Positions 1-13,700 of a stretch of DNA of 64,000 bases are shown piece by piece. Made by a program: the position numbers and the translations under genes. Under the pieces are notes generated by a model. It saw nothing but the letters and a program-made list of their open reading frames with translations. It was not told the origin of the DNA and did not search any database. Source of the DNA: Trichoplax adhaerens (taxonomy: Eukaryota > Animalia > Placozoa); contig NW_002060946.1 of the NCBI RefSeq assembly GCF_000150275.1, positions 553,562 through 617,561 on the forward strand, in the 5' to 3' direction. The stretch's first letter is position 1. The number at the start of each line of letters is the position of its first letter.

Positions 1-211
1 TAATATATGTAGGCTATGTTATATTACTTATCTTGTATCACGACTCAGTCTATATCTGTAGATTATTAAGTAATATCTGACATGTTACAGCTATCTTCCT
101 AGTATGCTAAAGAATTCGATCTATTGATAGTTTTATGATAGTGCAATAACTTATGTATCATTCATTAATTCACAGTATCTTAATTATTTTACAATAACTA
201 CTGTACTTAGT

Positions 212-1720
212 TTATGGTGAACTCCTTTCCTCTAATCCTATCTTGATACCATTTTTCGGTGAAATAGTAATTCCGGCATTTAGTTGTAATGGCACCTCGG
301 TTTCTTTAACACGAATAAACTTAACTGTTCGTAACACTGTTACTAATGCTATCTTTATTTCCATTAGAGCAAATCTCATACCAATGCAGATTCTTGGTCC
401 AGCACCAAAAGGTAAGTAACTCATCGAGCTACGTTTTTGTTTCTCTTCTTGAGTAAACCGTTCCGGTATAAACTTTTCTGGATCAGGCCATTCTGCGCTA
501 TCACGTTGAAGGGCATAAGTAGATAGCATAATTGATGTTCCAGCAACAAATTGGTAATCTCCAATAGTACAGTCTTGAGCTACTTCGCGTATAATAATAG
601 GAATAGGTGGATAAAGTCTTAATGTTTCGGTAATAACCATATCTAAATATTTTAATTCAAATATTTGTTCATAACTTAAATCGTCGTCGACTCCACTGAA
701 TGCATCGTCAACTTCATTAATTAATCTCTCTTGAACATCGGGATTAACGGCAAGTAAGTAACACACAGAAGATAGAGTATTAGCAGTAGTTTCGTAACCA
801 GCTAGTAGAAAGACAAAACTTTGAGCAATAATATCTTCGTCCGATAATTTACCAGATTCTCGTCCATCTAACACTAATTGTAAGAAGTCTTTACTCTTAG
901 GAGCGCTAGATTGACGCCGCTCTTTGATAACTTGGCGAGCTGCATGATCTAATTGTTGAAAATATTTAGCTTCAAAGTCTAACGGTGATTTTCTGATTAG
1001 TTCGAGCAAACTAGGCGATATTATTGTAAATAGAATTCTCCTTAGTATTCCAGAAAGCATTTTGGAAGCTGCATTAGTTAAAGTAGTATCTTGAGTATTT
1101 AGCTGTACGCCAAACGCGACACTTAAGATTACCTCCATTGTAAATTTCCCAAATACGTCTCGTGCATCGATAATTTCTCCTTGTTGTGCGTAAGATATTA
1201 AAGCAGATCGAAGCTTTCGTGACGAATTATCGACAATTGGTAATACTGCTTTTAACTTATTAGCACTAAATGTAGGAGTGATAGTATCTCGAATGGTTTT
1301 CCACTCTTGATCTCTTGAAAAAGCTAACATTTTATCAAGGTAGTCGAATGGAAACTTTATTGGCAATCGTCTGTTAGGAAATAAATGAAAGTCTTTGATT
1401 AATATCTTTTTGATTATCTCGTAATCGGAGACAAGGGTTAATCGTTCAGTACCATAGAATAAGCCGACTACTTTTCCGTACTTTTTAGTGTAATACATAT
1501 GAGCTAGATGTTGACCGCCTAGTCGAGCAATTTCGGGTATATTGCCTAGAATAGGCCATGGTTTAGGTCCAGGTATGCCTAATTTGTCGAAATGTTGTAG
1601 AATAGTGATATATCTGTAGTAGAAGATGTAGATAATTAAAGCAGCAAATATAGCTACTAGAACCGCAGTAGAATGTATCTGCCAAATATCTTGTACACAG
1701 TTCAATAGATTAGATAGCAT
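212..1720 (-). CDS. Cytochrome P450, clan 3 (CYP3/CYP5-like), single exon
   Basis: 502-aa ORF with N-terminal TM anchor, PGP-rich hinge, WKTIR, I-helix AGYETT, ETLR (ExxR), PERF and heme motif FGAGPRICIG. Confidence 0.96.
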   Translation of the reverse strand: MLSNLLNCVQDIWQIHSTAVLVAIFAALIIYIFYYRYITILQHFDKLGIPGPKPWPILGNIPEIARLGGQHLAHMYYTKKYGKVVGLFYGTERLTLVSDYEIIKKILIKDFHLFPNRRLPIKFPFDYLDKMLAFSRDQEWKTIRDTITPTFSANKLKAVLPIVDNSSRKLRSALISYAQQGEIIDARDVFGKFTMEVILSVAFGVQLNTQDTTLTNAASKMLSGILRRILFTIISPSLLELIRKSPLDFEAKYFQQLDHAARQVIKERRQSSAPKSKDFLQLVLDGRESGKLSDEDIIAQSFVFLLAGYETTANTLSSVCYLLAVNPDVQERLINEVDDAFSGVDDDLSYEQIFELKYLDMVITETLRLYPPIPIIIREVAQDCTIGDYQFVAGTSIMLSTYALQRDSAEWPDPEKFIPERFTQEEKQKRSSMSYLPFGAGPRICIGMRFALMEIKIALVTVLRTVKFIRVKETEVPLQLNAGITISPKNGIKIGLEERSSP

Positions 1721-1744
1721 CGTTGTTGTACTAGTTCTTTCTTT

Positions 1745-2400
1745 CAGCTTGTAGACTTGTCAAGTATGTACTACCGGTACTTGATGAAAATTCGCATTCA
1801 ACATACGTCTGGGTACAAATTAAACCACGTCTATAGGCTTTAAATAGAAGTGAAAAGCTTTCTTCATTCCAAAAAAAGCGAGGGAATTCGGTCATTGTCA
1901 CTATGGCTACTGATGAGATTTGCGCTTGCGTGTAATATAAATTTACTTACAGAATTAAATTAATTGGACGTAACTGAAATTATAGTATAAGATTTATTCC
2001 GAGATTGCCTTGAAAACTTAATTTCGATCAATCATCATGACCACCGATCAATTACTGTACTGTATGATTTAAAGTACTGTAGTGGGCAATCTATTCCTTA
2101 TTAGTAGAATACAGTAATGAGAAATACTTCTCTCTCTTTATAAAGTAAAAGAAAGACTCGAGTCTTATTCGGTTTACGATGAAAAATTATATATCTAGTA
2201 ATGAAAGCCTAGTCAATTGTATTGGAGTTGAGTAAATCATTATTGAGCTTTTAGGAATCTATATGTGACTCAACAACTACAAAAATATCTATTAAAAGCA
2301 CTTTCTATCCGTAACTGAAATGGAAATGAATTTTGAGTGTAATAATAGTGATTGAGTAAATAATAATACAGTATTTTAAGATTAAATTACACTACTTTAA
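1745..2400. repeat. Diverged local duplication, copy 1 (upstream of CYP)
   Basis: Aligns by eye with 2855-3580 (e.g. gcgagggaatt..ctatggct.ctgatgagatttgc, ttgagtaaatca, ctgaaatggaaat). Confidence 0.85.
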
Positions 2401-2854
2401 TATTCTAATTTACGATACCTCGAATTGGATCATCGTAGCGATTGATTCCCTATTCTTATACGCTCGAAGTAGAGCAATTTTTGATTGGCTAACTTAGAGA
2501 TCTACAAGCAATACGTTGTATAGCGTAATGCTGCATCCCAATAGGACGACAAAATTAACTTGATTGCTATGTTAAACCGTAGAGGTAAACCCCTCTTGCC
2601 TCTACGTGGATTAACTTCTTTTACCATACTGTACAACTCAATTACGAAAAGCGTTCGCGGGCTTCCACCAGTAATGATTAAATTAAAACAGGATAAAAAC
2701 TAATTATGTTGCTATCTCGTTTAATTAATTAGTTATTTGCTTGACAGCAAAGCCTGGTAACATTTTACCAACAAGAAATCCTGATAGTAGATAAGTACAG
2801 CACTTTTTTATCTCTTTTTTAAATGAGTAGGCACTCATGTTTACGCTAGTCAGT

Positions 2855-3580
2855 CTATAGGTTTGTTAAGTATGTACTGCCGGACTTAACCAAAAATTTG
2901 CATTTAACGTAGCTAAAGTTATGGACCACTAGAAGAAAACCGGTTTCTTCTAGTAGTTTATAGTAAAGTAGAACTACATACTCAACCAAGTGAAAGATTT
3001 TTACCGCACCTTTGTACCATGTTAAGTTTAATAGCCACTTGCTACCGTACTTTATGAAGATTTGCTATTTTATATAGTAAACTGAAACGTTTATTCAACT
3101 AAATAAAAGATCTCATACCGTACGTTTGGATATAAATCAAACCATGTTTATAAGCTTCAAATAGAACTTGAAAAAATTTTGCTGGTTTACTTCATATGCG
3201 CGAGGGAATTTGTTCATTGTTACTATGGCTGCTGATGAGATTTGCACTTGCGTGCAATATACTATACTTCGAATATTAAATCAGTTGGAATTCATTGAAA
3301 GTAATATAATAAAAGATTTATGCCGGGATTACCTTGAAAACCGAATGTTAATCACTATGACCACTGATCAATGTTAGATTAATGACAGCCCAATCAATTG
3401 TGTTGAAATTGAGTAAATCAATATCTAACTTTTAAGAATCTTCGTAATGACTTATTGACTAAGAAAATATTTATTAAAAAACACCTTCTTTGCGTAGCTG
3501 AAATGGAAATAAATTTCGAAAGTAATAATAGTGATTGAATGAATATTGACGTTGTAGTTAAAATTAAATTATCTAGTACT
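2855..3580. repeat. Diverged local duplication, copy 2
   Basis: Homologous to 1745-2400, with an extra ~200 bp (about 2912-3115) and lacking ~135 bp present in copy 1. Confidence 0.85.
2920..2962. mobile_element. Short palindromic element (ATGGACYACTA...TAGTAGTYYAT family)
   Basis: ACTAGAAGAAA-accgg-TTTCTTCTAGT stem; termini shared with 50429-50462 and 61351-61419. Confidence 0.5.
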
Positions 3581-4775
3581 AAACTAGATAACAAATTAAT
3601 TAGATAACTTTGCGCAATCAATAAATTTCGAAAAAATTGAATGAAAATTAGTAAAGCAAACGTCGCTATTATAGTTTATTTCACGACTATAAGTAGAAAA
3701 AAATTGCATTATCGTTGAATCTTCTGATTAAAAAGCACGACCAATAGTAAGTCTAATTTATAAAATATTGTAATATCAGATAGGGCATAATATCGAGCTT
3801 CAGATTTAAATAAAGGCTATAAGTTAAATAAATAGGTAGGATAAAAATTGGGTATTTACGCGTACATGTACATTGAAAAAAATTGATACATTAAAATGAA
3901 AAATATATCGATATCGTCACTTCGGTAATCGCACTGTAAAATGATAAGTAAAATCACAAGGAATATATGTTTAGCAGACATCACAACGCAATTTAAGGAG
4001 TTTCCCTGTCGATTGAACAGTTAAAAATCAGAATATATTGATATTTGTAGGTCGGTAGTTTTCCTATAGTACCTTGCATAAAAGTATTTTGCTCCGTAGG
4101 TTAATACTATAATACAAATCATATAATTACATTATCGACAATATCGGATGATCAATATTCAAAATAATGATATCAATTACGATATGAAAAACGATAAGAT
4201 TGCTTAATGAATATTATAACATTACAACCAGCTTAACATCGAACTATATTAGAAATAATATTAAAATTCATTCTTATTATAGCATACAGTACGTGCAGGA
4301 CATGCAGAATATGAAAAGAATTGTCCAAGCACTACTAAGGGTAAATTTATAAAATCGGAAACAATTCATTAATAGACTAACTCGTCAGTGCTAACAAAAT
4401 AGTATAAAATCAATAAAGCGGTTGATGATATTTACTCCATCTTTTATGTATATAGCATATTAATAAGGTTATCTATAAATAATATAGAAGAAACACTAAT
4501 GTCACATTCCAACTTCGCTACAATACTCCAATCCTATACCAACTTCCGCATTTATAAATTCATCTGCAGTTTTAGTTATTTCGCTTGCAGATGAATATGA
4601 TAGCGTTCTTACAAACAATTAATATATGTTGAGTTGTATTGCATAAAATTTCAGGCTCTAATCATTTAAAAATTGTTGTAGACGAAAGTATAGCATCATT
4701 ACAAAATAGATAAGGAGAATAAATCCATTTTTTCGGCTATTTAATTCGCAAAAATATTAATTTCGAAGTTTTTAG

Positions 4776-7700
4776 CTAGTAATAGACATTATCTCTAATC
4801 CCATAACCATTTCTAAGGCGTTGTGTAGCTCGACTACCAGTATTCTTAGTATTTCTCCGAAAAGCAGCATGAGATGTTTTGCTTTGTCTACTTGTTGCCA
4901 GGAATGCATTCTTAGCATCTAAAACAATTTTACTGAACTCATTACTACTGTTAAGATCATATTTGCTATCCTGATAATTAATATTGCCCTTTGTGCCATT
5001 TGAAAAGTGTACGTTGTTGGGATGATTTACGTGGCGTGTATCACGTACACTTTGTCGACGATTCTTTGCATGCTTTTCACCAAACTTCATAAATTGACTC
5101 GAAACCTTCATTTTGTTATGGTAGTCTATGATATACTTTGGAAATAGGCTCTTCTCATCGAATCGCCTCTTAATTTCATCTGTATAGCGTAAAATAAGGA
5201 GGAAAGTTGTAAAAGTAGGTTGGATCGAATGACTCAGTCCTTTCTATCGAATGTACTCTACGTACTACTATTCTACGATAAGCTGGACTGGGCTAATGTC
5301 AAATTAGATGTATAATGCAAATATGTTGGAATAATATCTCCACTTCATAGAAGCTATTACACATCTATCATGCTTTAATATATATATATTACCAAATTAT
5401 TAGATTACATCCGTAATTTATACCTTCTTGAAGTGGTATTTCCGGCAAAGTGAATTCACTGGAATCATTGCTCTTTTCACCAAAATACTTCAATGGATTC
5501 TGTACAAAATCAGGCTTATGCAAAGTACCGACTCGATTTAAAGTGGGGCAATCTAGATACTGTCATTACAGAAAATAGTTAATAAACAATGTTGAGTTCA
5601 ATTACTTTAGGGATTAATTTAATTTATATCCATGTATCATAAACAATTAACCGTAAATAAGCGAGCTGTCACTTTGGCGCCAGCAGACTTTTCACTCTGT
5701 AAAAATTGTATATTTTTAATTGGATGTGGTTGGCGTCTTTCGCGTCTTTGCGATCTACACCTTTGCACTGTTTTACCTGTCAAATAATAATCTCCAATAA
5801 ATTAGCTTAATATAAACGATCACTCTATATAATATCTTAGTGATATCATTATCTTTATATCATGCTAATTTTTTTAACCTAAAATTGTTGTATCCCAAGC
5901 ATCGCCTTGATAATCTAAATCTTGATCTTCTTTCGATAATACAGATGCATCATCATCAAATATTTCTGGTACAGGCATAATAACTGATTTGCTAGAGGAT
6001 ATTGAAGGTAAATCCAACGAGGTACTGGCGTCAGTATTGGGTTTTGCCTGATTGATAATTGAAAATTAATTTGAATTTAGAAGAAAATTGAACTATTTAA
6101 AGATCATAGGATAGTGAATAACTCCACAATTGCAAGAAAACTGAAACGAGGTAACAATACTGATCCAGTCAATTAACACATAAATTAGAATCAATTCTAG
6201 TCCCTTTTTGATTAGTCTATGCTGCTATTGATCGTTATCATTAAGCTTTTAATATTACTAAAAAAGAAGTACTATTGGAGGATATTTCTGAAAATTCTAG
6301 GTGAATGAAATAATATTTACAACCGAACATAAACTATTTACTTTGATATATGAAGTTATATAAGGTGCCTTGCACTAGATTCTAGATAAATATGTATATA
6401 TTTCAACATCATTAGAAAACAGATAAAAATCCTCTTGTCCGTGAATTAGCGAGCTATATTACAATTATTGGTAATGCTTACTTCATCATCTTTATCGTCG
6501 TCTGCATTGATTTCTTCCTGTTCTTCATCTGTTAATTCACGATATGTTCCTAATGACCAAACAGTTTCCTATACGATATTTATACATTTAAAATATTTAC
6601 AATAATTATTATTTGATACAACATCAAGAGAGTACAAAAGTTTTATAAACCAAACCAAATATTATTTGCCAGAGAATTTATCTTTGTACACTCTACATGC
6701 CATTCAAATTGAAAGGATAATTGATCAATTTCGTACATACTTGGCCAAACATTCCTATGTAGGTACCTTCTACATCCCATAAAGCTATACCACAGTCAGC
6801 AGAAGAGGTTAAGACATAGACGCGACGAGAATGGGCAAATAATTCAATACTACTGATGGTATCAACGTGAGGTTGAAATGAACATTTCATAGCTAATTTG
6901 TGTTAGAAAAATATAGAGTAAATAATTTGTATTCAAGCATGTAATAAAGGAAGTAATCCCTTAATATACGCTATTCATTCTGCACAACTTACGTGGAGGC
7001 TCTGTCGTAAATCCTTGTTTACCAGTGCAATAATTGGCAATATTCCAAATCTTAATCATTCCATCGAGATCACCAGTAGCCAAGTAATGATTAGAAGGAT
7101 CTATCCCCATGTTGGCAATTTTTGCTATTTTCACAAAAGTTAAAGATTATGTAAGATTCTAACTTTCAAAATCACAGATTCATAATTCTAGGTTAAAAAT
7201 TGAGTAAATGAATTATAGAAAGAAATACAAACCATGTGGATGTGAAATAAATTCCCCTCGTAAATCGGCAGTCGAAGATGACCAGAACCGAACCTGTAAA
7301 ATTTCATAGTTATCACTTATATTAAACTTATTTGAGTATTTAAATTCTTCGACATATACGAGACGGAATTTTACAGCCTAACAAGATTGTGCAAGTGCCA
7401 AATTTTAATATTATTACCCAAGAATAACGTCCGCAAGAGACTAGATCAGCGCCTTCGGTACCAACGCGCTTTTCCAAAAAGGACAATTTAGCAATAGCAA
7501 ATTCCGAAATTTCATCCTATAAAATGTTTCTATAGTTACTATGTGCATTGCGAATTTGTTACTACGATAATATCGGGCTCTGATATGCTGTATATAATTT
7601 GAAGTTTCACTTAACAGTATCACAGTAATGTTGCTTTATGATTACTCCAACTTATACAATTAAGAAAATCGCCTACTCTTCATGGTTAGCATGGATTAAA

Positions 7701-10700
7701 TACCTCATCATCTTCAGTAACTTTAGCTAAAAATTCTTCATATGCAGTTTTAGAATGGACCGGTTCACCCTGAGCAGTATCCAGAACCATACCCGCGTTC
7801 TACATTTCATAAAGTTTAAATTTAAAAATCTTAGCGAACTCATATCCGGATGCTCGTTGTAAGGAACAAAATCGCATATTAGTTACCGTTATTGCTTTTT
7901 CCTTATCTAACTGAACTTTCCTCTGCTGCAGTAGTTTGATCGTATTCGCACGACGTCTGATATTGATTTTCTTACACCGCTGACGTAAATGTTTAACAAA
8001 ATTTTCGCTATTTGCATTCCATATAATAATCTCTCCATCATAACTTGCGGTCGCCATTAGACTAGGAGGGCAATAGGCACAAACCAAAATATCATCTGAA
8101 TGTTCCTGTAGAATTATTTCAAGAACAATATTATGAAAAACTGGATATTTGTATTGCACACTAATTTAGGTGATATTAGAATGAAGTTAGATAGCTACCA
8201 CGTATTGGTGATTTGACACAATTATACATGATATTTTTTACTCTTTGATATAAATATGGTATTATGTACAGTTTTTGTATTAATTTGTGCTATTTCGTGT
8301 TAACTTCATGAGAATATTTAAGTAAAACCATGCCCTTCGAGCTCATGTTATATTGATAACCTTTATCATTTATTTTTCGTATGTAGTTTTCAATATTTTA
8401 AATTATATATTAGCTACCGTAATATATTCGGATGGAAGTAATCATTTAGTGTATAAAGGAGTAGTATTAAAAGGTCAATCATTTATATATTTAATCACAA
8501 CTGTATCATTTAAATTAATTAAAAGTATTAGTAATTCCTGGTGCAACCTGAGTTCTAGGTTTAGGCGTATTAATTTACCTGGCCTCCTCTCCAGTCAGAT
8601 GGTTCGACATAGTAAGAAAACATTTGGTTACTCCTGAAGACCGTAATATATCTATGAAATGATGAGAGAGAAATACCAATTATACAGCATATACTATACG
8701 CTTACATACAATTATAGCTGATATTCTACATCGTATCTTACCTACATATTATTTATTTGTAATTTTTTTATATCATTTCGAATCAAATTCTCATTAAAAG
8801 GATATCTACCTTTCCCATCCGATAACAATAGTTTTACGTGGCATAACTTGAATTTGGCTAACATCGATTGGTGATCCGTTGGCTGGTACCAGTAGATTTG
8901 AACATTGTCCATTGAAATCCCAAACTTTAATTATGCCATCAACACTAGCTGTCAATATTTTCATGGAATATTGATCGAGTGTCATAGCGGTCACTTCGGC
9001 ATCATGGGTGCTAGTGAATTGTTTTACACGTTGCCCATTATCTAGGCGCCATATATTAATATCGCCATCATGGCACACGCTTATAACCTATGCAATGGTG
9101 CAAAAATAAATGGAAAATTCTATTATTACTGTCTATGAGCAGTCACAAGAAGGTATAGAAATCATATATAGCAGCTAATAACATTAACAACTTAATTTGG
9201 GGGTATACCTAAAGATATAGAAAGATAATCATAACGCTAAGTCAAATATCACTATCGCATTTCTGATACTAGACAAAGGAACAGGCTTAAAATTAGGTTT
9301 GTTCTGATTTACCTGGTTATATTTGGCACAATATGTGGCTCGAATAACGGGTTTGTTATGACTCATTACTCGATCTTTCAGCTCGATTTTAACTTCCATT
9401 ACGGAAAACTATTTTTACGAAATTTAAAGAAAAAAGGTTGAAAATTTGGGCTACATATCTTAAGTAAAATAAAATTTCATTACATAGTAAAAAATTTTGT
9501 AACCAAGTAAATATGAAAAGCTATAAATAAGAATATTTACCTGATTATTAAATGCAGAATATAGACGATGGCGCACTTCATCATAGTACAATGTGCTTTG
9601 AACTGGACCCAGATTATAAATCAATTATTTATAAGTAATCTGTTAGCTCTGATATTACCCTTTAATAATTCTTATGTCCGCAATCATTTAAAGCTAGGTA
9701 TACCTTCAGGTCCTTTTGGAAATACACCAGTCAATCTTTGTATGCAAATTTGCAATTGGGTATCCCAAATACGAAGTACCTTCAAGTAAATACAAGAACT
9801 CATCTTCAATGACTTCACTGCTTGATATGTATGTATGCATAGCTGTAAATAATAACTTATCTACGCTAATGCCGTCGAAAATACGAAAGAAAGTAAACTA
9901 CCTAATATTTAGTCATTGAAATATTTTTCAAGCTAATATCAAACTAGTAGTGTAACATCCTAAATATTCAAGTCTACCTTATCCTTCGAAAGGCTAATCA
10001 ATTGACCTTTTGAACAGTTGAAAATTACATGTACTACGCTTGCCATGTGCCCAACTAGTAACTAAATTATAACAAAGAGTATAATAATTAGCCGATTGTT
10101 AGCTACATTCCAAAATAGAATAGTATGAACAACTTTTTCTATTACTACGAAAGTACAATTACAGTGGCATAATCATACCCCAACAGGTTTTGATATAACA
10201 TAGGGGTTCCATAAACAGACTTGATAATTAACACCCGCTGTAGCTATAGTAACAAATCAGGAATCAGACATGAAATGATAAATAAGTAAAACTGTAAGAA
10301 CAATCATGAAAGCAGATCACGACAATTTTGTTTTAAGGGATTGTTTTAAAGCTTATACCGATCAGATTCAAGTCGGAACTATAGTCAAAGGAATTGACGC
10401 CTTGTGATATATGAAATGCAGTTCTAATAAAGAAAATAATACAAAAATGTTATTCCTACATATGGACATATGGATTAATAGTAACCACGTTACAAAACAA
10501 AATTACCAACACTATTATCCATAAATAAAACTATAGTATTAAGAATTGGTTTATTAAAAAGTTACTTACGTCCTCATAACAGAACTTGATTTCTCAATCC
10601 AGCCCAAAACTAATGAATTCTTCTCCGTGGTAGCACATGATATGAAACAGTCTAAATGCTCTGCGTATTTAACTGCGTTAAAAAATGTAATAGTTAGAAA

Positions 10701-13700
10701 ACGATAAGTAAGGCTGATCTAGCTTAGTAAGTGATAGTTCTAAAATATTGTATGAATATGAATTTCATTGATAAACTCAATACAACGATCTCAAAATAGA
10801 GCGATAGTAAATTGGTTACCTTGCCTAACCCAATCATCATGGCCATGATGATGGACTAATCTTACATTTTTAAATACACCTTTCTTAATTTCCTTCAGTG
10901 TTAATTGGAGGCATGGATCTTAATATATATGCGATTAAACCAAATTACAGATTGTTTTATTTTAATAGGAATAAACGGTACTATTTTATTCTGATAAAGA
11001 ATTGGCAATCGTCAAATTTCAACGTACAATCTTAAATAAAATAGCGATTATCATACGGAAGCATTTTAAAATCAATTAGCGTTTATTCCAACGAAAAACA
11101 AGAATCATCTTACCTTGCTGTTGATTTCCTGGTTGAGAAGGTCGGTCAAATAGTGAAATTGAAGCAGATGAAAAGACAACTGCGTTAATCATACCGGAAA
11201 CATCTCCCCACGCTAGTATAAGATCATCATTATTAAATCGACTATTCCTGAAATAGGCAAACAACGAATTATAATCGATTTCAATGAGGATTCTACATAT
11301 TTATAGACTCTAAACCAACCAAAAATCCAAACATAACGGAATATGATCCAAGCCTTGGATAACATAAACGCAGCTAAAATCTGACTTGGGATTTAAATCA
11401 TAAATGCCTAAAAATAATTATTTAAGTGTAAGTAACAAGACCTAGAATAGGTGATCAACCATACGTTACCTAGCATTTATAGAGTTTGTTTTTGAGATAC
11501 TAGACAAACTACAGCTATATATAATAAGGATTAATAATAATAATAACCTATTTCTTTGCTAGTAAAGGCTATTGCAATTTTATTAACTTTGTGCATTGGA
11601 ACATAATGTATCACCCATAAATCCTTAGATTTAACTGCACTGGGTAGTTGAACCTATCGTCGTTAGAAATTAAATGACACCAAAGCAGTTCAGATTAGAA
11701 GATCTTAAGTGCTGCATTAAATATGTAACGCTAGTTAGCTACGTATTGAAAACAGATAATGTTCATTAAGAAATTGATTACCTTAAAGCTACGATGCATT
11801 TTATTATTAAGTTCCCACATACACAAGTGTCCTTCCTATTTATACGTAGAACCACCATTATAACAAAAAATTTTTTAACTAATTACCAATAACCTCAAAG
11901 TCTACCAAGCCTTTTAGAATTTAATTGGATCGGTAATCGTAATAATTTATTACTTACCCTGCTAATAGTAATGTAGCGATGAGGATTACGTAACGCATCT
12001 ATTCTTACGATAGTATCACGATGAGGGCTATGTAAAACGTACATTCAACAAAAATCAGGCTATATTACAATTTTGAAAAAGTACACACGTAGAAGCCATG
12101 ATTACTTAAGAAATAGGAACATATATGTAATTATTGTTATTAAATTGAATAATCTACTAATACTTACGTCCAGATATGTTTATTTTCTTTCCATTGTGGA
12201 ATCTACACCGAATTAACATGATTAAATAGTAGGTAGGATAAGTTAGCAATTCTGAAAGAGTTTCGTTAATACAAATTTCAAAGTTCTTTTTTAGGCGATT
12301 AATCATCTGATCTTGATATATACAGTAACTTGAAGTTCATGTATAATAATGAGTAAATCACATTCAAGTTGTAATATAGTCCTGTTGATAACTACAAAAA
12401 TTTTTATGCTGTACAATGTACATAGTAGGTATTGCAAGTGCTTTTATTTACCTGAGCAACTTTAATCTTATCATCCTTTTCATAGCATTGTAGTAATATA
12501 TGTGAACATAACTTATCCTATATAAGAAATTATAAAATGAAAATTTAGTCTTACATAGATTCGAAAAAATTACGTCGCGTTAATTCAGTTATCCCATATG
12601 GTAGCATCACTGGTTTATTCTGATCCTTTACAGTAAGATTATTTTTACATATTTTATTTCGTAATTACCCAATCAATATAGCCTTCATTAGTGGCGTCTA
12701 TTTTTTGAAAGAGTTCTTCGTACTATTGGCATAAAAGCGAAAACTTTCTTAGTCGTCTTATGAAACATTTACTACTTTGCTATATCCTAAGTTGTAATGC
12801 CCATTTTCAATTGCCAAAAGAGTCAAAAAATAATCAAACACTATAAAAATGGTAACAAAATTTAAATATATCTATAAATTTTCAAACGTATAAAAAACAC
12901 TTATAACCTCCGTTTGTGAGCCTTTATCCTTAAGCACCACGTTCATGACATGACAAAATTGATTCACATTTAGGCGTAATTGCCTCTTAATGCCATCTTC
13001 AGTATTAATCTAAATTATTATCAACAAGAATAAACTATCAATACTTCAAATATAATGAATATAATTTCTGACTAAAAAAGTAGTCAGCTTAGATATATTA
13101 TAACTAATGATAGCCACCCAACACATTCCTGATCATGGTGGCTTATATGAAAAGAAAATAACATGCGCGCATTAAAATTTTATTAGTTAGCTATAAGGCA
13201 CGGATCATTGATTAGTCGTAATTTCCCCATTTCAAGTAAATATACATATATTTGGAGATAGTAACATCGACATTACAAGAATAATTACAACACTAACTGA
13301 TTTAGTTACAATACGCATAAATGTTATTCATCGATTGGGATCACTTAGTCCAGATCACTACAATTTACTATATTAATAAGTCCTATATTCTTGTTGGATT
13401 TAATCGTAAACTTTTAAGTAATCAACAAAATAAGCCCGGGAGTTATTGGTCGTTGTTACTAAATAGCGATCATGTTGTATTATCTTATATAATTCTACAG
13501 AGTATTCGAATAGAGTAATAAACAATAAAAATTTTTAGTAACGTGTTTAGAGCTATAGTATTCCACTAATCTTTTCAAATACCATACAAACTCTTACATA
13601 CTTGTATAATGACGGTCATTTAATTCTTACTAGTTAATTATTACTGTTTCGTGTATTGGTATAGTGCATTACAAGGCATGCGAGCATTGCTCTACAATTC

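Noticed and set aside
1905-3290. Hammerhead ribozyme at CTGATGAG (~1910 and ~3232)
   Set aside because: A hairpin follows, but there is no GAAA core after stem II and no closing stems I/III
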